A DNA stretch of 63,692 bases, counting the filler, from Globobulimina sp. (lineage: Eukaryota), in the NCBI GenBank assembly GCA_003354225.1. It is 55 parts of 55 records of this genome, joined end to end, with 100 filler letters (N's around TTAATTAATTAA, not from the genome) between each part and the next. Parts side by side here need not be neighbours in the genome. Positions count along the whole stretch, not along the records: positions 34,813 to 35,872 come from PIVH01024574.1; positions 35,973 to 37,032 come from PIVH01024575.1; positions 37,133 to 38,192 come from PIVH01024576.1; positions 38,293 to 39,352 come from PIVH01024577.1; positions 39,453 to 40,512 come from PIVH01024578.1; positions 40,613 to 41,671 come from PIVH01024579.1; positions 41,772 to 42,830 come from PIVH01024580.1; positions 42,931 to 43,989 come from PIVH01024581.1; 47 more parts are not named here. One strand, 5' to 3'. This document shows positions 34,713 to 46,408 of this stretch, in pieces; position 1 is the first letter of the stretch; each line of letters opens with the position of its first letter. A model generated the notes under the pieces. It saw only the letters and a program-made list of their open reading frames with translations, searched no databases and had not been told where the DNA came from. A program made the translations under genes and the position numbers.

Positions 34713-34904
34713 NNNNNNNNNNNNNNNNNNNNNNNNNNNNNNNNNNNNNNNNNNNNTTAATTAATTAANNNNNNNNNNNNNNNNNNNNNNNNNNNNNNNN
34801 NNNNNNNNNNNNGGTTAGAATGTCAATTATTTTCATACGAAATTTACCTTGAAATATTTGATAAAAATTATATTAAAAAAAGAAAAAAATATCCAAAATA
34901 TATC

Positions 34905-35872
34905 ATGTCATTGTTATGGAATATTTGTTGCAAACTAATGGAGTCAACGCAACATCCAAATAATATCAACAACTTACAATTATTATCGCATTCATTAACG
35001 ACCTCATCAAACAATAAAATATATAAAATATTAAAATTATGGCAATCTGTAAATTCAAAAGAGAATTATCAAAATATTATACATTCGATCGCAGTGTCAT
35101 TAAGGAAAAGAAAAGCTGATTATGTGTCTGATTCGGATGATTCTGAGGATAACAACAATGATAATAATGACTGGACCGATTTTATTCAAGACATTGGAAC
35201 GCGGCCAGTGTTATACACAAAAATGACAAAACAAGAAATAAAAAATGAAATTAATATGAATGAAATGGAAAAAATGGTTCATTTATATTTTAATACGGAT
35301 CCGGATGTATTAAGTAATTATAAAAATGATGAGATTTATTCATTTATGTCGAAAACAAACAAATATTGGAAGACATTGGATGTGTTAAGTAATTCATTGA
35401 TTCCATGCTCGAATGTAAATATGTTATTACATCCCAATAAAATTGAAAATTTTGAGATTTTAATTTTGAAAATAATTGAAAATATTTATCTTTGCGATAA
35501 AATACAACTTATTACATTTTTATTATTGATCGACGATATAAACGTAATGAATAAATCATTTGTGGCTGTTTTGGCGCATAAAAATATCCCCAAAAATAAA
35601 AAAATCGATATTATACAAATCGCAATTAAGTATTTTATGTATCAAACAATTAATAAATTACAGCAGTATTATGAATGTGAGGATGAATATATAGAAAATG
35701 ATGAGATTTATGATTTGTTGCCATCAAATATCGCAGATATATTTTTTATGGAAATGATTAAGGACACTGATGATGATATAGATGATGATGACGGTGTTCA
35801 CTATAAAAGAACCATTAAAGATTTATTGAAAAGTAAACAATTATCAGATATCAAAGATGAAAATGTTAGGAA
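34905..35872 (+). CDS. Hypothetical acidic, Asn-rich protein (truncated)
   Basis: Open frame of more than 320 codons in very AT-rich DNA. Confidence 0.6.
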
Positions 35873-36129
35873 NNNNNNNNNNNNNNNNNNNNNNNNNNNN
35901 NNNNNNNNNNNNNNNNTTAATTAATTAANNNNNNNNNNNNNNNNNNNNNNNNNNNNNNNNNNNNNNNNNNNNGGAACACAGCTAATCGACGCACATTGGA
36001 TAAAAACATGAAAAACAAAACACAGTTTAAAATAAAAAGAAAATGAATAAAAAGAAAAATGTATAATAATATAATATCAATCAATATCTTCTAATTCGCG
36101 GAGTTTCTCGTCGTTATTTAATATTATTA

Positions 36130-36940
36130 TCATAACCAGAAAATATAACGATTTAAGATAGGAGTTTTAAGGTACATTAGCGGCACAAAATAGTTTACGA
36201 TAATATTAGATGCCACCAAACATACAGTATTTGTGATAATATTAGTTTGCGATAATATTATTTCATACGAAATGTTATCGTACAGTATTTGTGAGGTTAC
36301 AATCCAAAACAATATCTGTGAGGTAACAAATATAATTCTGTAAGCTGCTGCTGTGACTTTCTTCGGTTCAACTAAAAATTTGAAACATTGGATGGATACC
36401 ATATAAAAAAACAACAACACTGAGAATTGTATTGTTTCTTTAAAATGTGTGAGATAAAATTGATTCACATCACCAACAATCCAAATAATACCTAAAATAT
36501 ACCTCAATGCTGCAGTGATACCAATCAACGGTCGACACATAAATAATGACTTATTTTTTTTTATAACTAGACTATAAATCAAATTAATGATGAAAAATGA
36601 TAAAAATACGGAAAGCAAAATTACAATTTTCGAATGGAAAAATAATTTCAATCAAACCAATACTCCAATAAATAAAATAAAGATCATAACATATCCTTCA
36701 TAAATTGATCGATAATACTTTGGATGCGAATGGTCTGTCTTTCTTGGCTGGATCTCTTGCATCAGACTCAATATCTGCCATTCCATTAATTACATAAATG
36801 ATTGTGTAAAACATCACGAAAAATATATAAATTTTATAGCTTATTTTGGGATTCATATTTGAACATACAAGCAATGCGTGACATCTCGATAAATTTGAAG
36901 TGCCGAACATTTCCAAAACTTCACAAGTGTCGCGACACAC
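36130..36940 (-). pseudogene. UbiA-family prenyltransferase (DPPR-synthase-like), frameshifted
   Basis: IYVINGMADIESDARDPAKKDRPFAS in one frame and INLIYSLVIK...ALRYILG in another, with stops between 36651 and 36700. Confidence 0.7.
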
Positions 36941-38293
36941 TTTTCGTAAGAAAAATAATGGAAGTTTCTAAACAAGATTTGCCGGTTCAATCCATTAATT
37001 TTCTGTTTATGAAAAAAATCGAATATAAAACCNNNNNNNNNNNNNNNNNNNNNNNNNNNNNNNNNNNNNNNNNNNNTTAATTAATTAANNNNNNNNNNNN
37101 NNNNNNNNNNNNNNNNNNNNNNNNNNNNNNNNACACCCAAATGGTTTAACAATTTCCTCATGGTTTTATTTGTCCGCTCGCTACCTGCGACCAACGCGCA
37201 TCGTTGCCAATAATAGCAATATTAATGACATTTATTCTGTGCTCCAACCAAACGCACCATCGCCGGCCATATAATATTATCACTGTGCTATCGGGTTTTA
37301 ATGATTTGATCCCAACGCACCAAATGCGCCGGGAATACGGGATCTAACCAATGGACAAATCGATTTGGTTTAATTAAAAATATCCATCCATCCTCCTTTA
37401 CATACTTATTCTGAAATGTTGAAAAATGTTAATTGAAAAATCAGAGTCAGTCATTGTCGTCAATGATGTTGGAAGTGTTGGAAGAATGTGGCTGTGCTTA
37501 TATTTGATGGTTTGGATGAATTGCAGTTTGAGAAAATAGTAAAATATTAATAACATCGCGTACGTCAAAGATTGAGTTTATTTATTTGTTGGTGTAGAAA
37601 ATTATCATTCTGCTTTAAAACAATTGAAATTAAACCATTGTAAACTAATTATTACTAAAGTTCAACAACTAAATACTTTCAGAACTCGCAACATTTAACA
37701 AAAAGTAGAATAAATACGCAACAATATTAGTAAAAAAACAAACTGCATTATTTAAAACGTAAAATGTTAAATGTTGAATTAAAGGCTTTTAAATAATTAT
37801 AATAATAGAAATACTTGAATGCGTTTCAAACCAATGGCTAAATCGAATTAAACGAACATTGCATGGCTACCATGTCGTATATTTCATTCATGGCATCAAC
37901 GATTCTGCCACCAATTAATGGCAATATTGCACTTGGCTGCCACCTCCGATTACAAACTGCCTGCTTTTAATGAATGAAAAATGCAGATACTTCAAATTCC
38001 GACAATTAACACTGTCAAACCGTATATAACTTGCAAACTAGAAACACTTTGAAAACTTTGTCAGCGCCGTTGATGAAAGGCAGTGCACGCAAATGAAAGG
38101 AAAGGCAGTACTTTATTTTATATGATTTTATGTCGCTTGTCTGCGCACGGAACAAATATTATTAATGGCAAGAATTAAACCAGAAATACGTANNNNNNNN
38201 NNNNNNNNNNNNNNNNNNNNNNNNNNNNNNNNNNNNTTAATTAATTAANNNNNNNNNNNNNNNNNNNNNNNNNNNNNNNNNNNNNNNNNNNNG

Positions 38294-39352
38294 CCTAAAT
38301 TCGAGATGCAAAAATTCTCGGGTTAAATCCTACAGTGGAAAGGTTTTTGGGATGAATTTTCATCAGCCATCCATAATGTAGCGGCTATGTCGGCAATTAA
38401 CAAATTCCACTATTTGCGTGCTCAATTGGAAGGAGATGCTCTAAAAACAGTATCTGGCCTTCAGTTCACTGCAGAAAACTATCAAGTTGCAGTTGACTTA
38501 CTCAATGGTCGTTTTGGCAAAAATCAATCAATTATTGACGCACATTACACTGCATTAGAAGAATTACCTACTGCTAGTAGTAATCATGTCAAATTGCGTA
38601 TCTTTTTTGATACTATTGAGCAACATTTGCGCTCACTTGCTAGCCTTGGTGAAGATGTTAACCACAAAAGTATGGTTAATAACATCAGGCGAAAGCTCCC
38701 ACAAGATGTCTTGACTCAAATCGAGCGACTAAAACCTCATGGCGAACCATGGACTATGGTACTTTTACGACAGTATCTGAAACAAGATTTGGAACTTCGA
38801 GAAACCATAAGTCCAGCTGAGAAAAATGATGACAAAACATCACCGTTCAAAGGCTCAGGTCCTCATTTCAAGACAGATCTTAGTTTGGATGACAAACCCA
38901 AACCTTCAAATCTGCGATCTACTGGTGAAGCCTTTTTTGCTCATGATCAAAAGAAGAAACCCAGTCGTTCGTGCAAGTTTTGCAAGAGACCAAACCATTA
39001 TTCTGACGACTGCAGAACAGTCGGAAGTCTTGATGCCCGTCAACGCAAAATCAATGAACTTAATATTTGTTCTGTTTGTTTTTGTGACGGACATACAGCA
39101 TCAGACTGCGTGTCTACATTCAAATGTTTCCATTGCGGTGCAATCGGGAAACATCATCGAGCACTTTGCCCAAAGAAGTTTGGAACAAAGGCTGATACAA
39201 AGCCTCCAGACAAAAGTAGCTCACCACCCGTTAAGGAGCCTGCTCATCTCAGTCTTCATGGTGAAAAAGAACCAGCCCTGTTAGCAAATGATGAATCCGT
39301 CATTATGCAAACGGCCTTGGTCACAATTGCGAACCCTTCCACTTTAGACACT
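38294..39352 (+). mobile_element. BEL/Pao LTR retrotransposon gag (DUF1759, three zinc knuckles) and start of protease region
   Basis: KFSG*ILQWKGFWDEF (in-frame TAA at 38324-38326), KFHYLRAQLEGDA, CKFC..H..C, CSVC..H..C, CFHC..HH..LC and VIMQTALV. Confidence 0.92.
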
Positions 39353-39454
39353 NNNNNNNNNNNNNNNNNNNNNNNNNNNNNNNNNNNNNNNNNNNNTTAA
39401 TTAATTAANNNNNNNNNNNNNNNNNNNNNNNNNNNNNNNNNNNNNNNNNNNNAT

Positions 39455-40244
39455 AATGATTTTCATAAATGGATACGAAATATTCTGGCCTTGTCTCTTT
39501 TACCACCAAAAATGGTACAACCTTTTTGGAACAATCATTTTCGGTAAGTTAAAAAAAACGATCGAGTCACAAAGTCCAGTGACAATTATAATTTTAGAAA
39601 CTTTCCTGAAACTCAAGAAGGGTATGTACGGGAACACTGCGCCGAATTCGTCACATATTTTGAACGTTTTTGGTTGGGAGTCATGCCACCTGAGACATGG
39701 AATCATTTTTACAACGATGATCATAGGACTACCAATATTTGTGAAGGTACTGTACTCATGCACATATGATAATAGATATTGACCTTCAGTCAATACATTT
39801 TAGCTTACCATTCAAAATTGACTCGTCTCATACCAATTTCTCATCCACCTATGAGGACATTTGTGGCCGAATTGCAACAAGAACATAATAGAAAGTTAGT
39901 TCGTCTGTGGCAGCTCAAAAACGTCGAAACGGCCAAGCCTCGAACCAAAAAGCGGTTAGATAAAATATAAAATTGTGTAATTTTAAATCGTTAAACTATA
40001 ATGTTTTAGAGTTTATGTCCAACTGAATAGCCAGATTTGCCAAGAGCGTAAGAAGCTTTTATTGTGGTTGCAAGAAAACTTGAGTGGTCGGCGATTCGAA
40101 GAAATTACACTCGAGGAGGTGGATGACCGAATGATGGAATATTTGGCAAGGATTCAATATTTGTTGGGCCGAAATGTTGCACTCGAAGAAGCAGAAAACG
40201 AAATAATTAATGATTTGGCTATCGCAGGTGTTGATATGGTTTAA
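39455..40244 (+). mobile_element. MULE/Mutator transposase C-terminus with three short introns
   Basis: Introns 39544-39597, 39747-39803 and 39955-40009 give ILALSLLP...FVTYFERFW...WNH...RTTNICEAYHSKL...HPPMRTFVAELQQE, the MULE RTNNxxE motif. Confidence 0.88.
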
Positions 40245-40612
40245 TTTTTTATATAAAGTTTTAATAAAGTGTTATTTAAATTGTTTTAAACCATTGCGTT
40301 GTCTTTTAGTTGATTTTTAATAAAAAAATATATTTGCCTGCTTTTTATAATACCCGATACCGGTCCGGTTATGGTCCTGCATTAAGCGGGACCACATCGT
40401 CCTAGCACCAAGGTGCGTGTGCATGGGGTACCAGCCATCCACGGTAGTCCGTCACATGATGTCTTCACTGCCACAATCAAGCCAGATGCAGCAGCAGCAG
40501 CACCAGGATATTNNNNNNNNNNNNNNNNNNNNNNNNNNNNNNNNNNNNNNNNNNNNTTAATTAATTAANNNNNNNNNNNNNNNNNNNNNNNNNNNNNNNN
40601 NNNNNNNNNNNN

Positions 40613-41050
40613 CAGTGTCATATTGATCTACAAAAGTGTATGTTGAGCGCGTGATGTAATCTAATTTAATGCTAACAAGCAATTCTAAATTGGTGCCATT
40701 CCAAGAAGACGTAATCACCGGCGCCGTTAATGATGGCTGACCTTCTGAGTTAACCAAATCCCAATCCACTTCAACGAGGCCACTACACACTTGTTGTGCA
40801 TCTATATATTGCATTTTATGTTATTTTCTTTTTGAGTTCAAAAATCCGTGGAGTATGCGCACATTAATATGATATCCGTAATCCGTGGAATTATTTCGAT
40901 GTAAATGCTATGTTTGTTTGTTGTTTTGGAGCTTTTATGAAATGTGAAGCAACTCCATGGATATTTATCATAACATAATGCGTCACATAAAATACCTGAA
41001 AATTGCAGTATTGTAACTACAAATAATGTGTATGCTAATGTGAATCTCAT
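40613..41050 (-). CDS. Secreted hypothetical protein, probably spliced (truncated)
   Basis: Signal peptide MRFTLAYTLFVVTILQFSGILC; a second open frame at 40613-40814. Confidence 0.45.
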
Positions 41051-41277
41051 TTTTGATATGGATTTATTGGATTACTGATGCCGCGCTTCTTTTTTTGTAG
41101 TAACAACGAAATTGAAAAGTGCTGAAGTTAGAAATGTTTTTTATGTATAAGTATGAAAAAAACATTTAAAAGTATATTTTCAATTTTTTGTTTAATGGAG
41201 AGCATACACATAATCATAAATTGACTGAAAAAGTTAGATCAAACAAAACATTGAAAATATGCATTTATATTATATAT

Positions 41278-41671
41278 GACCGGAATGTGTGCCATTTATT
41301 AATTGACCAAATTGAGTTTGCCAATGTGATAATCATCAATAAAATTGACTTAATTGCGGAGGAGAAGGAATTGAAATGGATTGAAAGTGTGATCAGGAAA
41401 TTAAACTTAAACGCAAAAATATTGAAAACCTCCTTCTCGAAAATAGCCGATTTGACGCAAGTATTAAACACAGATTTGTTTGACTTCCAAGAGGCGCAAA
41501 ATAACGCCGGATGGCTGCAGGAACTGCGCGGCAGCCACACTCCGGAAACTGTGCAATACGGCATTTCTTCCTTTGTGTATGAGCAAAGAACGCCGTTTCA
41601 TCCCCAAAGATTTGATGAGTTTATGCGAGACACTGTTAATTTTAATGGGGTGTTTCGGGCAAAAGGCTTTT
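41278..41671 (+). CDS. COG0523/CobW-family zinc metallochaperone GTPase, C-terminal fragment
   Basis: LLIDQIEFANVIIINKIDL, GWLQEL...HTPET..YGISSFVY..RTPFHPQRF and FRAKGF. Confidence 0.92.
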
Positions 41672-41771
41672 NNNNNNNNNNNNNNNNNNNNNNNNNNNNN
41701 NNNNNNNNNNNNNNNTTAATTAATTAANNNNNNNNNNNNNNNNNNNNNNNNNNNNNNNNNNNNNNNNNNNN

Positions 41772-42695
41772 TTGTATACATTTTCAATGAATCAGAAACA
41801 ATATCAATTTGCTGCAAAATATATGTTCGAATATGCCATTCGAATCCAACAATATATTAAAAATAAAACAAAATCCACACAAAAACTACAATTTCATTGT
41901 CTTTGTCATGTATTATCGGCAATGGATTTGATGCCAACTAAGAAAAATAAATATTTATTATTAGATTTTAAAATGAATACAAATGATATTTTCACAAATA
42001 ATAAGATTGTGACATATAAACAAGTAAAAAAATGGTATATTTTATGCGAATCCAAGAATTATTTATTATCATTAAATAATAAAAATGGCTTAAATGATAA
42101 AAACATTTCAGATTTGAATGTAGCACAAACCGCCTCTGAATTGTATAGAAATGGCTATTATAAACAATCATTATTTTTATTGAATGCATTTGATTATGAT
42201 TTAAACACAATTTTCAATAAAATTATTGAGACATTATTATTTGGTAAAAGTAGCGCATCGGAATTAAATTGGAACATATTTGAACAATTATTATTGGATT
42301 ATGATAGTATTAAATATCATTATAAGTATACTTTAAATGCATTAAAAATAATATTAAGTACATGTTCACAAGAAAAGGAAAAGGAAAAATTTATAATTCC
42401 ATCATTTATTTATAATAAAATTAACAATTTAAATGATAAACAAATTGATGTGTTTATTATACCATTAATTGAATTGTTATGTCAATTTGGCAAAATATTT
42501 GAATCGTTGCGTATATTATACTTTGCTCTCAATGTAACACAAGTTTCTATTAAAAATAATAGATATAATTATCAAAATCATTCATTATGGAAAATAGCAC
42601 TAAAATTATATGCCTATTGTAATACATTGCAATTGAAAAACGAACAACAAACATTAATAAAATCATTGGCGAATTGGATTGCACGACCACAATAA
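41772..42695 (+). CDS. NUP160: Nucleoporin Nup160-like C-terminal region
   Basis: LYTF...YQFAAKYMFEYAIRI, GYYKQSLFLLNAFDYDLNTIF and WNIFEQLL parallel Nup160 (LYAF..YRKAGTVMFEYGMRL; GLFDTAISLCQTF; AWRLL). Confidence 0.7.
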   Translation: MYTFSMNQKQYQFAAKYMFEYAIRIQQYIKNKTKSTQKLQFHCLCHVLSAMDLMPTKKNKYLLLDFKMNTNDIFTNNKIVTYKQVKKWYILCESKNYLLSLNNKNGLNDKNISDLNVAQTASELYRNGYYKQSLFLLNAFDYDLNTIFNKIIETLLFGKSSASELNWNIFEQLLLDYDSIKYHYKYTLNALKIILSTCSQEKEKEKFIIPSFIYNKINNLNDKQIDVFIIPLIELLCQFGKIFESLRILYFALNVTQVSIKNNRYNYQNHSLWKIALKLYAYCNTLQLKNEQQTLIKSLANWIARPQ

Positions 42696-43010
42696 TATAA
42701 AAAAAAGACGTAGAATTTTGGTGACTTGCTTTTTTTTTCTATTATTTAATGATAATTTACTTGTGTTTATTACAAAAAATACATCGTGACAGTTGAGCGA
42801 ATTGACTTTTGATAGGCAAAACAATATTTTNNNNNNNNNNNNNNNNNNNNNNNNNNNNNNNNNNNNNNNNNNNNTTAATTAATTAANNNNNNNNNNNNNN
42901 NNNNNNNNNNNNNNNNNNNNNNNNNNNNNNAATCAACACAAATAGTTTACAAAAAAATAAACAAACAAAAACTTGCAAACAACAAAACATGCAAAAAAAA
43001 ACAATAAATC

Positions 43011-43132
43011 TACAGTACAATGATTATAATTACAGTACAATGATTATAAATTTAAATGATAGATATTACAAATTAAGTGCACAAATTATTTACAAATTTA
43101 AATGATACCAATTTAAGTGCACAAATTATTTA
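43011..43132. repeat. Short direct repeats downstream of the secreted gene
   Basis: TACAGTACAATGATTATAA x2 (43011, 43031) and TTAAGTGCACAAATTATTTA x2. Confidence 0.7.
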
Positions 43133-43163
43133 ATAATATTATTCGTTATACCTTTGTTTAAAT

Positions 43164-43541
43164 CTAAGGAGGACATGGCGGACACGCCTCATCATAGTCA
43201 ACTTCCATTATCAATGCTGTGGCAGTACCGCCAGCATCCCCACATTGAGCGTCTACCTCTTCACATTCGCCGGTAACACCAATTTGAACTCGCCCTTTCT
43301 CATTGGCCTCAATACATTCATCACCTAAATAATATTGAGCTACAATTTTCTTTTGTCCACTACCAACACAATGGCATGACATTATCGCCATACAACCTGC
43401 AAACGAAGCAGGAGCACACAAATCAAGTTCTTTTTCTTCGTCAAAAACACATTGACCAGGAGCTGAACCCCAGCGAACTTTTAAAAATTCACCACCAATT
43501 ACTGATAATACCATTAAACTCATTAATATTAAATTAATCAT
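43164..43541 (-). CDS. Small secreted cysteine-rich acidic protein
   Basis: Complete 125-aa ORF with a signal peptide and 10 Cys, ending CPPCPP. Confidence 0.8.
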   Translation of the reverse strand: MINLILMSLMVLSVIGGEFLKVRWGSAPGQCVFDEEKELDLCAPASFAGCMAIMSCHCVGSGQKKIVAQYYLGDECIEANEKGRVQIGVTGECEEVDAQCGDAGGTATALIMEVDYDEACPPCPP

Positions 43542-44104
43542 TTTTAAATTTTAATATGGTGACTAATGATGTACGACTGTTTTGAGATTTTTTGATACCG
43601 AGAAGAACGTAGTGTTGTTAGGATGGTGAGAGAGAAAAAGGTAGTCTTGAAATTAATGTAAGTGAAGAAATGTTAACAGCACAAAACATTCAAACATCAA
43701 CGAAATCTATCAGAGTTACAAAAAAAAGTGCAAGAAGAAAGTGCGTCTCGTCGTGTGATATAATCGCTATCTGTTCTATATACAGTGATGTTGTCAGCAA
43801 AACTGAAACGTTTCCCACTCATTATATACGCGTATACGTATATACTTCCTATAAGGAATAAATATTCATCATCCAAGAAGCTTCCACCAAATCCAAACGT
43901 AACAGATTTGGCACAAAATAAATTACAAAGTTGCATGGAAGATATTCAACTGAATAATGCAAAGACACACAAAAAATTAGAGAATGAAANNNNNNNNNNN
44001 NNNNNNNNNNNNNNNNNNNNNNNNNNNNNNNNNTTAATTAATTAANNNNNNNNNNNNNNNNNNNNNNNNNNNNNNNNNNNNNNNNNNNNATTTCACCGAA
44101 ACTA

Positions 44105-44578
44105 TTGGTTGTATATTTGTCAGTCATGGCTTTAGACCTTACCAGGTCTGACCTCAAGTCAACTGCGTGGATTTACATGTTTGATATCTTGATTGAATAT
44201 GGAGAACGTGTTTTGGATGACATTCGAACAAAAAATTGTTTTCAATGTCAAGATCAGCCCTTCCAAAATGCTCAATATATGCGTAAGATTGTTTTAGATA
44301 TTCTTACCACAATAGAGATAAAATTATCATTTTTAGAATCAGATCATATGTGTGAATATCCTCTTTTCTGTTGGGTGCAAGATGTCATAAACTCAATCGA
44401 TCAACACACCAAAGAAGAAATGATACAAAAATTTCGAATCCTTCCAAAGTCAAAGGATGTTCAAGTTGCATGTGAACAAATCATTTCAGAAGACATGTTC
44501 AGTTCACTTGCAAATGATTCAGAATTAGTTGGAGAATTGGCATCATATTGGGATGTACTTCATAAAGAACACAAATAG
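44105..44578 (+). CDS. Hypothetical protein
   Basis: 157-codon ORF with no motif recognised. Confidence 0.5.
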   Translation: MVVYLSVMALDLTRSDLKSTAWIYMFDILIEYGERVLDDIRTKNCFQCQDQPFQNAQYMRKIVLDILTTIEIKLSFLESDHMCEYPLFCWVQDVINSIDQHTKEEMIQKFRILPKSKDVQVACEQIISEDMFSSLANDSELVGELASYWDVLHKEHK

Positions 44579-45462
44579 GAGGGAGTATCGTATTCATTTG
44601 GACAATTTTGACTCAATATATTTCGATTTAACAAACTCTTGGATGTTAATCTATGTCAATGATAACTGAATTGCATAATATCTCGTTTATCTGCTTTATC
44701 TATTAATTCATACATATACTGAAAATAATTCTGTAACATTCATCAATATGAAAATTATAAGTATCAATCTTGAATAAAAAAATTATGCAATTCGATTTCC
44801 ATTAATCCAAAATTTTCCGACCGTCTTGGTTTATCTAATTCAAGAAAGCGAGTTACTACGATCAATATACGTAACTGCAAACTAGTCACTTGAAGTCCTG
44901 TTAGCTGTAAATCAACTCCTACTGCCGGCCCAACAGACTTTAAATTTTCTCATTTTGACAATGCTTTATATTTGTACTTATATTTGTACTTATATTTATG
45001 CTTTTAGCAAATCAGAAACATAAAACAAAATAAATAAATCATATTTTTTTAAATAAGTCTATTCTGAATATGAAATTAACACAATATACTAATCAAGTGC
45101 AGAATGGGAGACGTTTTGCGATGGGCGCCGATTACTTTAACGCATGGANNNNNNNNNNNNNNNNNNNNNNNNNNNNNNNNNNNNNNNNNNNNTTAATTAA
45201 TTAANNNNNNNNNNNNNNNNNNNNNNNNNNNNNNNNNNNNNNNNNNNNACTACTGCTGTAAAGTGTTTTCTACCCGACCTGTGGAGCTCAACAAACGAGT
45301 GAGAGTCTTTGGTGGTCGACAAACGTGACTACAAGCATATGTGCCCAGGAAGAGTGAGAGAAAACAGACACGATCGCTTGAATTGAAATACTATTGTCTT
45401 GGTTATTACGTTCAAGAGTCCCAGAGAATGGCGTATAAGAATAATTTTAGATCGAGTGAACA

Positions 45463-46215
45463 CTATAACTGGTTAGAGGATAAATGGGAAGTTACTAGAC
45501 CTTGAAGGCAGAATATGCAATTTCCTCTATATGAGGTATTCACTCTCTTTTTAGTTAATTCCAGCAATATTTTAGGCGCAGACTTGGCTAAATCGGCTGC
45601 AGTGAAATTATAGAATTCATGTTTTATGCGTGGATCGGCATTATATTTTAATAATAATTTGATTATTTCAATGTTTTTGTTCAACACAGCTGAAAACAAT
45701 GCAGTTGAACCAAACACATTTTTAATATTTACATCGGCGCCGTGGTCTAATAATAATTTTGATAATGTAATATCGGGATTATTCATAATGGATTCATATA
45801 AAACAGTGTATCCCCATTTACTTTGCGTGTTTACATTGCATCCATTCTGTAATAACCATGTAATTATTTGCAAATGTTTGAACGTGTTGGCTTTGTCTTT
45901 CATGACCAAATTACATCGTTTTTTGCCAAACATACAAAAGTGTAACAATGACCATTCTGATTCGGTTTCGAAATATGCGTTGATATTAAATTTACTGTCA
46001 CTCTCAAATCTTTTTTCAAGTTCTTTGAGAAATTTATCAAAATATCCAAAAAAACATGTTTGAGACAATAAAGTGCAACTATTGATGTTGAATTTCATTC
46101 CCAGAGCCTTCATATTCTTCCTTTCCTTTTTCTCTTCTTCTGCATTGGCAAATCTTTTGTTTGGGTAAATAATACGACATTTATTTGCTTCTTGGGTTGG
46201 ATTTGGAGATGCCAT
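45463..46215 (-). CDS. Ankyrin-repeat protein
   Basis: LLQNGCNVNTQSKWGYTVL, LLLDHGADVNIKNVFGSTALFSAV and LLLKYNADP. Confidence 0.92.
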   Translation of the reverse strand: MASPNPTQEANKCRIIYPNKRFANAEEEKKERKNMKALGMKFNINSCTLLSQTCFFGYFDKFLKELEKRFESDSKFNINAYFETESEWSLLHFCMFGKKRCNLVMKDKANTFKHLQIITWLLQNGCNVNTQSKWGYTVLYESIMNNPDITLSKLLLDHGADVNIKNVFGSTALFSAVLNKNIEIIKLLLKYNADPRIKHEFYNFTAADLAKSAPKILLELTKKRVNTSYRGNCIFCLQGLVTSHLSSNQL

Positions 46216-46408
46216 TCACAACGTTTTTGGTGTTATATCCAGGCTGAGAAAAGTTTTTGTTGTTATATTAATGGCGTATTATCTTATCGGAAAATCATTA
46301 ATCAAAANNNNNNNNNNNNNNNNNNNNNNNNNNNNNNNNNNNNNNNNNNNNTTAATTAATTAANNNNNNNNNNNNNNNNNNNNNNNNNNNNNNNNNNNNN
46401 NNNNNNNA

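Noticed and set aside
38324..38326. In-frame TAA here and TGA at 62748 as evidence of a non-standard genetic code
   Set aside because: These are isolated events in a transposon and a frameshifted gene. Conserved genes here read cleanly in the standard code and end at normal stops.
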